DNA from: Octopus sinensis
Taxonomy: Eukaryota
NCBI RefSeq assembly: GCF_006345805.1
Contig: NC_042997.1
Coordinates: 143,592,001-143,656,000, forward strand
DNA length: 64,000 nt
Direction of reading: 5' to 3'
In this document: piece after piece, positions 51,393 to 63,631 of the stretch
Layout of the letters: each line of letters begins with the position of its first letter
Numbering within the stretch: position 1 is the stretch's first letter
Position numbers and translations under genes: made by a program
The notes under the pieces: model-generated
Told to the model about the DNA's origin: nothing
What the model saw: only the letters and a program-made list of their open reading frames with translations
The model's database searches: none

Positions 51393-52639
51393 AGCCAATG
51401 GATACTATGCAACCATCTCACTCTTGGGCTATCCACTAAGGTCTCCTCTCGGTTGGCTCGGATTGAAGAACCTCTCTTGTGATCATTTCCTGCGATATTC
51501 TAACCACATTACATGCTCCTTCAAAATATCTAGCTCCCTTTTTTTATTTTTTTGTTTAAATATCATCACAGTCTTCTGGGATTGATAAAAATAACCATCA
51601 GTCATTTGGTGGGATCAGTGCAACAGACTTTATTCCACTTCACAAATGCCAGAATTTGTGCGAATTAAAGAAATTGTTATAATAACAAATGCAGAAGAGG
51701 TGTAGAAAGTAGAGTCTGTAGAATTCCCGACAAAATGTCTTTTTTAGTATTTACTCATGTCACTTTTTATACTGTGGCTGGCTATGCCTAGCATTCCACT
51801 ATTCAGACATCACCTCTTTTAGCAAATGTGTTCCAACGTAAGAGAGTGAGATTATGGGAATGTAGATAACCAGCTTACAGTATTAAGCTTCTTTCGACTA
51901 AATATCAGTAATTCGTTTGACTTAGTTAAAAAATTAATGTTTTAGGTTTCGACTTACGAAACGACTATTATGTAAAATATTGCGAGGGCTGAAGACTAAG
52001 AAGTAAGCTCCTGGCTGTCGAACTTTTGACATTGTCTTGGTTCTCGATTGTAGCCAGCAACCATTACACAAAGTACACATTGATCTTGACAAAGATACGA
52101 GCGTTAAACACTTCTTCCCATATTTTCTCGCTAAATGACTTCGAGGCCGCGTGTTCGTGTGAGAAATCAATAATGTGCTTTAATGATAATTAAATGATTT
52201 TTATCGATCTGTTGAGATGAAAGGAAGAGTCGATAGCCTGGAGGAGAAGATCTGAACTAAAAGTTGCAAGACACCAAAGTAGATAGCGTATAATGTTTGA
52301 CCTAGAATCCTAACCTTGTATCAAATCTGAGGGCAATGAAGACAAAGGTAAAACTACTTACTTTTCACATAATGAATATGATTACTATGACAGTTTATCA
52401 ATTTTGAAGATGTATTCATTGGTAGATATGAACTTAATACGGCAAGAGATATAGAGTTCTGTCAGCTTAATTCTATAGTTGTCATTGTTTAGCTGCAGAT
52501 CATCTGATTCAGTAAACCCATGTTCCTGTAGTGGCTACCCTATCCTTTTCAGGCATAGTGTATTCCCTTCTATGACGGTTTTTGTATTTTGTTGGGGGCA
52601 GTTTAAATACTATATCTAGTGTTAAATTCTTTTCTAATT

Positions 52640-53375
52640 TTGGCAGAATGCCAGCAATTTTGAGGGAGGGAGAAGTGCTTGTACTTTATTTTATTGACCC
52701 CGAAAAGATGAAAGGCAAAGTTGATCGCGGCGGGATTTGAGCCCAGAACGTAAAGATTCAGGAGAAATACTGCTACGCATTTATTTCTAGTGCATATATA
52801 ACCATAATCTAAGGTGGCGAGCTGGCAAAATCGACAGCACACTGGGCAAATGCTTAACGGCATTCGTCCATCGACTTTGCCTTTTATCTTTTCGGGGTCA
52901 ATGAATTAAGTACTAGTTGCGTACTGGAGTCGACCTAATCGCCTGGCCCCTCCCGCTAAAATTTCGGGCCTTGTTCCTAGAATAGAAAATAATTGATAGC
53001 ACACCGGGCAAATGCTTAACGGCATTTCGTCCATCTTTACGTTCTGAGTTCAAATTCCGCGATGGTCGACTTTGCCTTTCATCTTTTCGGGGTCAATAAC
53101 TTAAGTACTAATTGCGTACTGGGGTTGACCTAATCGACTGGCCCTCTCCCGCCAAAATTTCGGGCCTTGTTCCTAGAATAGAAAATAATTGATAGCACAC
53201 CGGGCAATGCTTAACGGCATTTCGTTCGTCTTTACGTTCTGAGTTCAAATTCCGCGAAGGTCGACTTTGCCTTTCATCTTTTCGGGGTCGAGAAAAGAAC
53301 CAGTTGAGCACTGGGCTCGATGTAATCGATTTACAACCTCCCTGAACTTGCTTACCTTGTGCCAAAATTTGAATC
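52640..53375. mobile_element. SINE group B (- strand, 52640-52800) plus a 195-bp-period tandem of three + strand copies (52812-53375)
   Basis: cgactttgcc at 52872, 53067, 53262. Confidence 0.9.
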
Positions 53376-53794
53376 TAATATTAAAGCATAATGTCTCCCG
53401 GATTATATTATACAGTGCATTCATGTGTGCGTGCTTGCACGCGCGTGTGTGTGCGTGCGTGTGTGTGTATGCGTGTGTGTTGTGTGTGTGTTTGTGTGTG
53501 TGTGCGCGTGTGCTGTGTGTGTGTGCGTGTGTGCATGTGTGCTCGCGCGCACGGGTGTACAGTCAACCGTCACTAATATGGCCACCGGTAACCCGATTCC
53601 CCGGCTAATTCGGACATAATTTCCAGTCCGGCGCACACACCTGCCGCCATCATTTCGAAGCATCAGCTGTTCGCGTAAATACTGGAAAAGCATTTCTACT
53701 TGTTTATCAATATCTATTATTAAAACCTGCTCAAGGGCGGTGAGCTGCAAGAATCGTTAGAACGTCAGAAGAAATGTCATGCCGTGTTTATTCC

Positions 53795-54079
53795 GGTTTT
53801 TATTCTTTTATTTGTTTCAGTTATTTGATTGCGGCCATGTTGGAGCACCGCCTTGACGGGTTTTAGTCGAACATATGGACTCCACGACTTATTCTTTGTA
53901 AGCCTAGTACTTATTCTATCGGTCTCTTTTAGCCGAACCGCTATGTTACGGGGACGTAAACGCACCAATATTGGTTGTTACGTGATGGTCGGAGGACGAA
54001 TACAGACACACAAACATACACACGCACGCATGCACATACACACACACTCACACACACACACACACCACACACACACACA

Positions 54080-54120
<41 letters not shown>

Positions 54121-54298
54121 ACATATATATATATGGCGTGCTTCTTTCAGTTTCCGTCTATCAAATCTACTCACAAGGCTTTGGTCGGCCCGAGGCTATA
54201 GTAGAGGACACTTGCCCAAGGTGCCACGCAGTGGGACTGAACCCAGAACCCTGTGGTTGATAAGCAAGCTACTTATCACTCACACACAGCCACTCCTG
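53795..54298 (-). mobile_element. SINE group A with internal (CA)n
   Basis: Consensus match. Confidence 0.92.
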
Positions 54299-55609
54299 TG
54301 AGGTCAAATTTGTCTTTCATCCGTCCAGAGTTGATAAAATAAAGTACCAGTCATGTATTGGAGTCGATAAATTGACTTTCACCCTCCAAAAAAAAAAAAC
54401 AAACAAACCAATGGTCTTGACTCTAACGGAGGTAGTTTTGGATCAAAAATAACCATCTGTATATCATATTTAATGCAAATATATCGTTGAAGAGGATTTT
54501 ACTATAGTATTTGTCCGGATATAAGATGTCTTATGTACGATAAGATCTCTTATGTACGTGCTGTGTTTAAAAACACAATCTATATATCAAAGGGTGATGA
54601 AAATCATCTCAATGGCGTGTACTTACAGCCAGCTATATGCTGCAGGATTTGTTGCCTGCAGTATATAGGAAACAGTGAATAAAATATCCTCTTCAGTATT
54701 CCTCTTCTGCACATACTATTGCAGCATCTGCTCCTCCAAGCTAATCCCACACAAGATCAGAAGTTACACTCGCATCTCCTCTCACTATCCCCTCTCAGAC
54801 TAGCACGATCTTTTATATCCAGTATACCAGACGTCTACATTATTCTTCTCACAGGCATAAACCACTCTCTGCAATCGCAGACTTACACACGTTCAAGGTG
54901 AACATCAACAGCATCAATCTAATCAATATTGGAAAACCTTAAACATTAACTGCATTTTGCTGTTAGAATAAAGCGGAGATTCATTCGGAGAAAATGTGTG
55001 CCAAAGAGATCACTGTATCACTATACCGACAAGACTATCGGATGTTATTATATACAGCTGGTCACAATGCGCTTCCAATTCTTTCATTACTGCGTCTTTC
55101 TTTTCCATCTTGGCTCAAAATCGTTTAACTAAGTCATCTTCTAGTGTCGTCGAGACTTCATGGATACGCTCGGCAATTGCACGGGTCTGCTTGTTGTTTG
55201 TGAACCTTGCGACGTATCCGGCCCAGCAGAAACTTGTGCTTTCGGTATTCTGCGATCAGGTTGAAATTAGATACTGACGAATCAATATTTAGTTGTGGGT
55301 GTATCAGTTCGTTTATAATTGATCTAATTTGAGCGAATGAATGTAACGGATTTTACGGATTTCCTCTTTAAAGTAAAGTCAATAAATTGAATCTTCCATC
55401 AATGGATGACATTGATTAAGAAAAGGCAAGGATCAAAAACAGACAATCGCCGCATAGCAATCTATTTTCTCTTCATGAAAAATACATAACTTATCAGGGA
55501 TGGAATGGCTTGTAACTAAATCAAGAATGTCTTTTCTGGTTGACATTAGAAAGTGATTTGCGGACTAGAAAGAAAATGAGGAAAGAATTCGCCATGAATA
55601 TAGCAGAGG

Positions 55610-55634
55610 TGTGTGTGTGTGTATGAACGTGAAA

Positions 55635-55684
<50 letters not shown>

Positions 55685-55920
55685 AAGAGAGAGACATAAG
55701 AAAGAGAAAGAGGAGGTGAGACAGAGATAAAGAGAAAAGTAGAGAGCGGGAGAAAAGAAGAAAATGGGGAGAGAGATGGAGAGAGTGGGAGAGAAAGATG
55801 GAGAGGAGCGACGTACATAGGGGTAGGAGAGAGAGATGGAGAGGAGACCCGTACATAGGGGTGGGAGAGAGAGAGAGAGTAGAAAAGAGAGAGAGAGAGG
55901 GGGAGTGAAAGAGGAAGAGA
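55610..55920. repeat. (GA)n-rich polypurine tract
   Basis: Direct reading. Confidence 0.95.
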
Positions 55921-56494
55921 TCAAGGCTGAGGGTAAAAATCAAAACCTCAACATGTAGTAGAACGAAATTGTTGGTTGTTGCATAATTGGTTGCTGCATA
56001 ATCGGTTTGTTTTTGTGTCTGTATGGACATTGGAGGAAAACGTAGGTTACACTGTAAGTCAAGACACCTTGATTATTCCCTCATGGTATCACTGCAGCTT
56101 ACTCTAGTTAGAAGGAGCAGTTCTGTGGAAGGTGCCGAAACTGTAGTCGACAGCTGCTGAATGAAATACCCCGCAAGGTAAACCTGTAATAAATACATAT
56201 ATAAATACATGCAGGTATTCATACATATTTACATACATGTATGCATAAACACAAGCATATATATAAACTTACACACATACACACAGATATAAACATACAT
56301 TCACACACATATATATCTGCATATATAATTTCATGTGTTTTTAATACCACGCGCATTGAGAAAGTATTCTCTTACGCATAAAACGCAGCCGACAGACGAA
56401 CTAACACACACACACACACACGCACACAAACATGCACACACACACACATGTATGTATATATATGCATAACATACATATATACATATATATGTGT

Positions 56495-58375
56495 AAAAAA
56501 TAAAATGTTTTGAATGGGCCAACAATGCACTATAGTACAGACAATGTGTTATATACCTGTTGTAATTTAGTCATCCATAGTCTGGTAAGATATTTCGGGA
56601 TAATATTCCTTCTTCAGATATTCTTAGATGGAGACTCTGCTATAATCGGTTTTCTAACGGCTTTTCTATTCTATTTTTTGGAAGCGTCTCAGCAGTGGTC
56701 TCACGATGCTCCTTCCGGAATTCCTCATGAGAAGTGTGTGAGGTCGGCCATGTCCCAATCTCGTGTGTGCTGGTACATCCGTAGCGCTGCTTCGAAGATA
56801 CGTATTTTATGTGCAGCTTCCTTTTTTTACCTTGTTTTTTCCTCATCTCTTCTTTTTTCGTTTGTTATAAACTACAGATGAGCATATTATCAAAAAATGA
56901 ACCTATACGCATCCAGATGTATTTAAATAATGTATTGATTACCAATCTCCAGCCTGTTGTTAATTTGGGGTCCTAGTCTGTGTATGAGTATAGTTTCCTT
57001 AATTCTTAAATTACCCAAATTTCTTTCATTGGCCTCAATTGTAACTGTTATGCTTTTGTCAGTGTTCCGGCATCTATCTAGATGGTTTCTGAAGGAGGGA
57101 GCTCTCGTGTTCAGATGTTCTTTAATGCGGACGTGTAACAGTTTTGTGTTACCCACATAGAACTTATTGCATTTGTTACATTGTATTCTATACACAACAT
57201 TTACCCGTTGGCATAAATCTGTGTCACGGATGGGACAGTTTGTTAGTGAACATTGATTGTTGTCCCTTGTTCGTTTCATAGTGAAGTGTCCTCTCAGAGA
57301 GGGGCCAGAGTGGGCTAGTTGTATGTCTAGGCCTTCTCTTCTTATGGGTTTTCGGATGGATGTAGTTATCTCCTCGCTAAAATGGGGATATTTTAAGGAA
57401 GCATGTGTTGTTGAGTTTCCTATGTGTTTGGTGTGTTGGTCATCTTGGGTACTTAAGCCGATTTACAATGGATCTAGGGTACCCGTTGGTTTTCAATATA
57501 TCAAGGAAGCGTGTAGTGTGGGTTACCTTATCCTCCGTTCTGCTGCACTTACTCTGGATGCGGGCAAGTTCATTTCTGGCGTATCCTATTTTGGCACCGA
57601 GTGGAAGTGCTGAATTGTATTGGACAAACATATCTCTACTGGCTGCTTTCCTGCAGAACTCGTTGTGGATCTCCCCTTCTCCGTTATATTCAGTTTGAAG
57701 TCAGGTAGCGATAGCGATCCAGTGATGTCGGGATGTCCATAGTGAACTTTATGTCCATGTCCATGCTATTGAACGTCGTGAATATTCTGTCATATTCTGT
57801 CAGCCTCTTCACGGGAGGATGTGAGTATGAGGATGTCATCTGCGTATCTGGTGAAGAAGGCGCATGAGCGGCAGATGTTGAATGCTCGACGTTCCAGATG
57901 ATTCATATAAGTGATAGCTAGAAGGCCCGAGAGACTGGATCCCATGGGGAGTCCTGGTGTTTGTATATGTGGTCCTGGAAAGAGAAGTAGGTGTTGTCCA
58001 CGATGATGGACAAAAGTTGATAATATCAGCTGCGGTAAGTCCGAAACATTGGATGTCGGATGCTATTATGCAGTCAGTCAATAGGTTGACCGCCGAGTGT
58101 GCTGGCACCATTGTTTACAGTGAGACAACGTCAAGACTAAAGGCATATCTGTTTTGCCTGAGTTGGTCTAGGGGCAATTGGTGTAGTCTTTTGATTACTT
58201 CGTCGGAGTTCTTGACGTGTCCAGGAAAGGTGGAGAGTATGGATTTCAGGATGTGAGAAAGTAACCAGGATATTTTATATAGAGGTCCTTCCACGCTGGA
58301 GACGATGGGTCTAATCTGGATCGTGTTGCTACTCTTGTGTGTTTTAATGAAGTGATAAAATCTGGGTAATCCACT
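56495..58375 (-). mobile_element. 5'-truncated Penelope-like element (RT + GIY-YIG + 3' pLTR), frameshifted
   Basis: IRPIVSSVEGP; SLDVVSL; GLPMGSSLSG; FFTRYADDILI; NGYP; VVYRIQCNKCNKFYVGNT...RIKEH...E.ILI..L.P.IN. Confidence 0.93.
56585..56625 (-). ncRNA. Candidate minimal hammerhead in the PLE 3' pLTR
   Basis: CTGAAGA-A-GGA-atatta-TCC-C-GAAA-TA-TC; stem I poorly paired. Confidence 0.45.
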
Positions 58376-59326
58376 GTGCTTTGTGATGTATGTATGTATG
58401 TGTGTTTATGTATGTGCGTAGGTGTGAAGACACTTAGCAACCGTTCAAGCTGTATACATGAATGCATCTCTCTCACTTTCTCTTTCTCTCCTGCTCTCCA
58501 TTACATATGTACATACAGAAACTCATATGTCTATAATATGCGTTTGTATATCTGTATGTGTATATACATACATACATATACACACATTAATGTGTGTGTG
58601 TGTTTGTGTGTGTGTTTGTGTGTGTGCCTGTGTACGTGCTTATGTTTGAATATGTGTGTTAATTAAACGTTTGCACACATATATTATTGGCTTAATTTAA
58701 GTATTTCTAAATGTCTAAAGACAGTTATTTCCAAGAAATCTTGGCAGATCATTTGTTATCTTTTGATTATTCGTTTCGTTTTAACGTTTAATTGCATCGC
58801 TACATTATTGATTCCAAGGCGAATAATAACTACTACGTCTGGCATCCTGCAGGCGTTTCACACAGTCTTTGACAATGTAAACATTTTTACCATAATAACA
58901 GGTTATTTTATAATCACTTGCACTAATTGCATCGAAGCTTTACCATTTCCAAATGAGAGGAAATGATTGCCCTTTTACTGTACTGGAACTAATTGTTTTT
59001 GCGTGCTTTTCCCCCCATTAAACCATATGCCAGTGACAAACCCATATTTCTTCATCAATCGTTTCTTTTATGAAATATAAGAATTTTTTTTAAATTTAAA
59101 GAAAAATAATTACCCATTTTAATTGTTTGTATATAAGAATATCTTTTAATTACAGTAGATGTCTTGCCTGATAGCTTCTACATATCCAAAATAAGACAGA
59201 AATAAAACGACAAAACGACCCTTACCCACTAAAAGTCTCAAGCCAACTGACATCAAAATAATTAAAGCAGCAGCAACAATATTTGGTTGTACAGTCAACA
59301 AATCCTATGCTAATTCATACTTGCAG

Positions 59327-59426
59327 TTGGTTTGGTTGACTGATAATCCATCACTTAGCCAAATGGACGCTGGTTCGTATTCGGTATCTTTCACCAATCT
59401 ACATAACCCACAGCAGCCAGTTCTAA
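59327..59426 (+). CDS. Candidate internal coding exon of an unidentified host gene
   Basis: Branch-like TGCTAAT, acceptor TTGCAG, 100 bp open only in phase 0 (LVWLTDNPSLSQMDAGSYSVSFTNLHNPQQPVL), donor GTAAGT; no recognised homology. Confidence 0.35.
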
Positions 59427-60260
59427 GTAAGTATACGTATGTATAGAAAGAGTGACATGGATATATCGCTTCAAGTGGAGGCAATGCTGTGGATTTGACA
59501 AGTGCATCGTTGCTCGCTATACTGAATTAAATGACGCTCAAAGAAAAAGTTAACTCACGATTGACTAGCATCATATCCCGAGAAAGCTTTATGTCTCCAT
59601 CGATTAACGTTTCAAGAACCAAGGTAGAACACGGATTATGTCATTTATAATGACTCAGTGAGGATTAACAAGATTAACTTTATATTTCGTCAATTCAGTG
59701 ATTCAATGTTTTTTTCTTTAATATCAATTTTGGATTTTCTCAATTTCTTATCTTGACTTGTGTAGTAAGACATTTCCGTTGATATTCACCATTCATAGAA
59801 TGAACTTAACGTATGTATGTATGTATGTGTATGTATGTATGTATGTATGTATGTATGTATGTATGTATGTATGTATGTATGTATGTATGCATTATGTATG
59901 TGTGTGTGTGTGTGAAATAAAGAGGGGTTAATAAAGGATATTAATCAAGGCGAAATACTTCTTAAGCTCTCTGCAAATAAAAATACATCGGGCTAACAAA
60001 AAGTGTTGTGATTTCTATTGTACTCCATGTAATCCCAAGTCAAAAGCCGAAGTCGAAATCCATTTCCAGTCAAAATTGTAAATCTATGTTTGCATTATCC
60101 AGTTAAGATGATATGTTTTTACAGAGTGATAGATAAAATAGACAGAAATAATGGATCATATACATTTATTTATATACTATAGGTTCACAGCTGTAAGTCT
60201 AAGATAAATAAAGGTATATAACCCATTATTTCTGTCTGTTTCATATATATATATATATAT

Positions 60261-60593
60261 AAAAGGGTAAAGACCCCCTTCGGTCATGAATGACCATGGG
60301 ATTGCACCTAGAAAGTTACCCTCCTAGTCACAAGTCCGGGCAAGGTTGTTTATGGAAGACCAGCAGTCGCCCATGCATATCAGCCTCCCCTCTCCACGCC
60401 ACCAGTGTTATCCAAGGGAAAGACAAAGGTCGATACAGCTTGGCACCAGTGACGTCGCAACTTATTTCTACAGCTGAGTGAACTGGAGCAATGTGAAATA
60501 AAGTGCCTTGCTCAAGAACACAACACGCAGCCCGGTCCGGGATTCGAGCTCACAACCTCACGATCGTAAGCTCGACGCTCTAACCACTGAGCC

Positions 60594-60595
<2 letters not shown>
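60261..60595 (-). mobile_element. SINE group C, tail type 3
   Basis: A-box TGGCTCAGTGG, B-box-like GCTCGAATCCC, CORE-like segment, distinct 3' half. Confidence 0.9.
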
Positions 60596-60687
<92 letters not shown>

Positions 60688-60706
60688 TATATATATATAA
60701 TATATA

Positions 60707-60760
<54 letters not shown>
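60596..60760. repeat. (TA)n tract
   Basis: Direct reading. Confidence 0.98.
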
Positions 60761-60763
<3 letters not shown>

Positions 60764-61181
60764 GTCTTTCTTTGAAAAATTGCATTCGGTGGGATTAGTA
60801 ATATTTTTGGTAGAAATGACTGATTGTCCCTCTTAGCGTATGGCGTGTATGTAGAATGCCTCCTGGCATGTATGTATAATGCCCTCTATATATAATTAAT
60901 ATGTTCAATAAGAAATAATTATTTTCGAAATTTTTTCTCTTATGAGGTTTTTACGCTATCTACCTGACAATTTCTTGTTAAGTTTTCCTTATTAAGTAGT
61001 TGTCCTTAATTGCTAAATTTTTATTCCGAAAAAACTTTTCCTCTCCCGAAATGCAATTCGTAAAAGTTTGCCATTCATCCGGATATAGTATATATAAACC
61101 CACCCATGTGCTTCGTTGATGTTGATCAGTTAGCTGATCGGCTTAAGCGAAGCAGGGTCGTTGTTTATTTATAGTATATTC

Positions 61182-61229
61182 AGGCCTGCTGATGATTACG
61201 TAAGTATGAAATCACTGTGATACAGGTCT
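61182..61229 (+). ncRNA. Type I hammerhead ribozyme, monomer 1
   Basis: AGGCCTG-CTGATGA-T-TAC-GTAA-GTA-T-GAAA-TCAC-T-GTGA-TA-CAGGTCT; predicted cut after A61222. Confidence 0.8.
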
Positions 61230-61662
61230 ATATATTTTTAAATGTCTTTCTTTGAAAAATTGCATTCGGTGGGATTAGTAATATTTTTGGTAGAAATGAC
61301 TGATTGTCCCTCTTAGCGTATGGCGTGTATGTAGAATGCCTCCTGGCATGTATGTATAATGCCCTCTATATATAAATTAATATGTTCAATAAGAAATAAT
61401 TATTTTCGAAATTTTTTCTCTTATGAGGTTTTTACGCTATCTACCTGACAATTTCTTGTTAAGTTTTCCTTATTAAGTAGTTGTCCTTAATTGCTAAATT
61501 TTTATTCCGAAAAAACTTTTCCTCTCCCGAAATGCAATTCGTAAAAGTTTGCCATTCATCCGGATATAGTATATATAAACCCACCCATGTGCTTCGTTGA
61601 TGTTGATCAGTTAGCTGATCGGCTTAAGCGAAGCAGGGTCGTTGTTTATTTATAGTATATTC

Positions 61663-61710
61663 AGGCCTGCTGATGATTACGTAAGTATGAAATCACTGTG
61701 ATACAGGTCT
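61663..61710 (+). ncRNA. Type I hammerhead ribozyme, monomer 2
   Basis: Identical to monomer 1. Confidence 0.8.
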
Positions 61711-62143
61711 ATATATTTTTAAATGTCTTTCTTTGAAAAATTGCATTCGGTGGGATTAGTAATATTTTTGGTAGAAATGACTGATTGTCCCTCTTAGCGT
61801 ATGGCGTGTATGTAGAATGCCTCCTGGCATGTATGTATAATGCCCTCTATATATAAATTAATATGTTCAATAAGAAATAATTATTTTCGAAATTTTTTCT
61901 CTTATGAGGTTTTTACGCTATCTACCTGACAACTTCTTGTTAAGTTTTCCTTATTAAGTAGTTGTCCTTAATTGCTAAATTTTTATTCCGAAAAAACTTT
62001 TCCTCTCCCGAAATGCAATTCGTAAAAGTTTGCCATTCATCCGGATATAGTATATATAAACCCACCCATGTGCTTCGTTGATGTTGATCAGTTAGCTGAT
62101 CGGCTTAAGCGAAGCAGGGTCGTTGTTTATTTATAGTATATTC

Positions 62144-62191
62144 AGGCCTGCTGATGATTACGTAAGTATGAAATCACTGTGATACAGGTCT
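62144..62191 (+). ncRNA. Type I hammerhead ribozyme, monomer 3
   Basis: Identical to monomer 1. Confidence 0.8.
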
Positions 62192-62623
62192 ATATATTTT
62201 TAAATGTCTTTCTTTGAAAAATTGCATTCGGTGGGATTAGTAATATTTTGGTAGAAATGACTGATTGTCCCTCTTAGCGTATGGCGTGTATGTAGAATGC
62301 CTCCTGGCATGTATGTATAATGCCCTCTATATATAAATTAATATGTTCAATAAGAAATAATTATTTTCGAAATTTTTTCTCTTATGAGGTTTTTACGCTA
62401 TCTACCTGACAATTTCTTGTTAAGTTTTCCTTATTAAGTAGTTGTCCTTAATTGCTAAATTTTTATTCCGAAAAAACTTTTCCTCTCCCGAAATGCAATT
62501 CGTAAAAGTTTGCCATTCATCCGGATATAGTATATATAAACCCACCCATGTGCTTCGTTGATGTTGATCAGTTAGCTGATCGGCTTAAGCGAAGCAGGGT
62601 CGTTGTTTATTTATAGTATATTC

Positions 62624-62671
62624 AGGCCTGCTGATGATTACGTAAGTATGAAATCACTGTGATACAGGTCT
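62624..62671 (+). ncRNA. Type I hammerhead ribozyme, monomer 4
   Basis: Identical to monomer 1. Confidence 0.8.
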
Positions 62672-63103
62672 ATATATTTTTAAATGTCTTTCTTTGAAAA
62701 ATTGCATTCGGTGGGATTAGTAATATTTTTGGTAGAAATGACTGATTGTCCCTCTTAGCGTATGGCGTGTATGTAGAATGCCTCCTGGCATGTATGTATA
62801 ATGCCCTCTATATATAAATTAATATGTTCAATAAGAAATAATTATTTTCGAAATTTTTTCTCTTATGAGGTTTTTACGCTATCTACCTGACAATTTCTTG
62901 TTAAGTTTTCCTTATTAAGTAGTTGTCCTTAATTGCTAAATTTTTATTCCGAAAAAACTTTTCCTCTCCCGAAATGCAATTCGTAAAAGTTTGCCATTCA
63001 TCCGGATATAGTATATATAATTCAACCATGTGCTTCGTTGATGTTGATCAGTTAGCTGATCGGCTTAAGCGAAGCGGGGTCGTTGTTTATTTATAGTATA
63101 TTC

Positions 63104-63151
63104 AGGCCTGCTGATGATTACGTAAGTATGAAATCACTGTGATACAGGTCT
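63104..63151 (+). ncRNA. Type I hammerhead ribozyme, monomer 5
   Basis: Identical to monomer 1. Confidence 0.8.
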
Positions 63152-63583
63152 ATATATTTTTAATGTCTTTCTTTGAAAAATTGCATTCGGTGGGATTAGT
63201 AATATTTTTGGTAGAAATGACTGATTGTCCCTCTTAGCGTATGGCGTGTATGTAGAATGCCTCCTGGCATGTATGTATAATGCCCTCTATATATAAATTA
63301 ATATGTTCAATAAGAAATAATTATTTTCGAAATTTTTTCTCTTATGAGGTTTTTACGCTATCTACCTGACAATTTCTTGTTAAGTTTTCCTTATTAAGTA
63401 GTTGTCCTTAATTGCTAAATTTTTATTCCGAAAAAACTTTTCCTCTCCCGAAATGCAATTCGTAAAAGTTTGCCATTCATCCGGATATAGTATATATAAA
63501 TTCAACCATGTGCTTCGTTGATGTTGATCAGTTAGCTGATCGGCTTAAGCGAAGCGGGGTCGTTGTTTATTTATAGTATATTC

Positions 63584-63631
63584 AGGCCTGCTGATGATTA
63601 CGTAAGTATGAAATCACTGTGATACAGGTCT
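63584..63631 (+). ncRNA. Type I hammerhead ribozyme, monomer 6
   Basis: Identical to monomer 1. Confidence 0.8.

Noticed and set aside
54930-55330. - strand coding-like stretch (ARFTNNKQTRAIAERIHEV...)
   Set aside because: Interrupted by stops and no family recognised; not enough to call
56695-56740. - strand CTCATGA-GGAATTCC-GGAA motif
   Set aside because: Two core mismatches and no stem I
60530-60595. tRNA gene (and similar heads at 18505, 23905, 30757, 51330)
   Set aside because: A/B boxes are present but the sequence continues into SINE bodies and I could not form a complete cloverleaf
61125-61165. Second hammerhead in the array monomer (CTGATCG-GCTTAAGC-GAAG)
   Set aside because: Core deviates at several invariant positions and the flanks fold better as a simple hairpin
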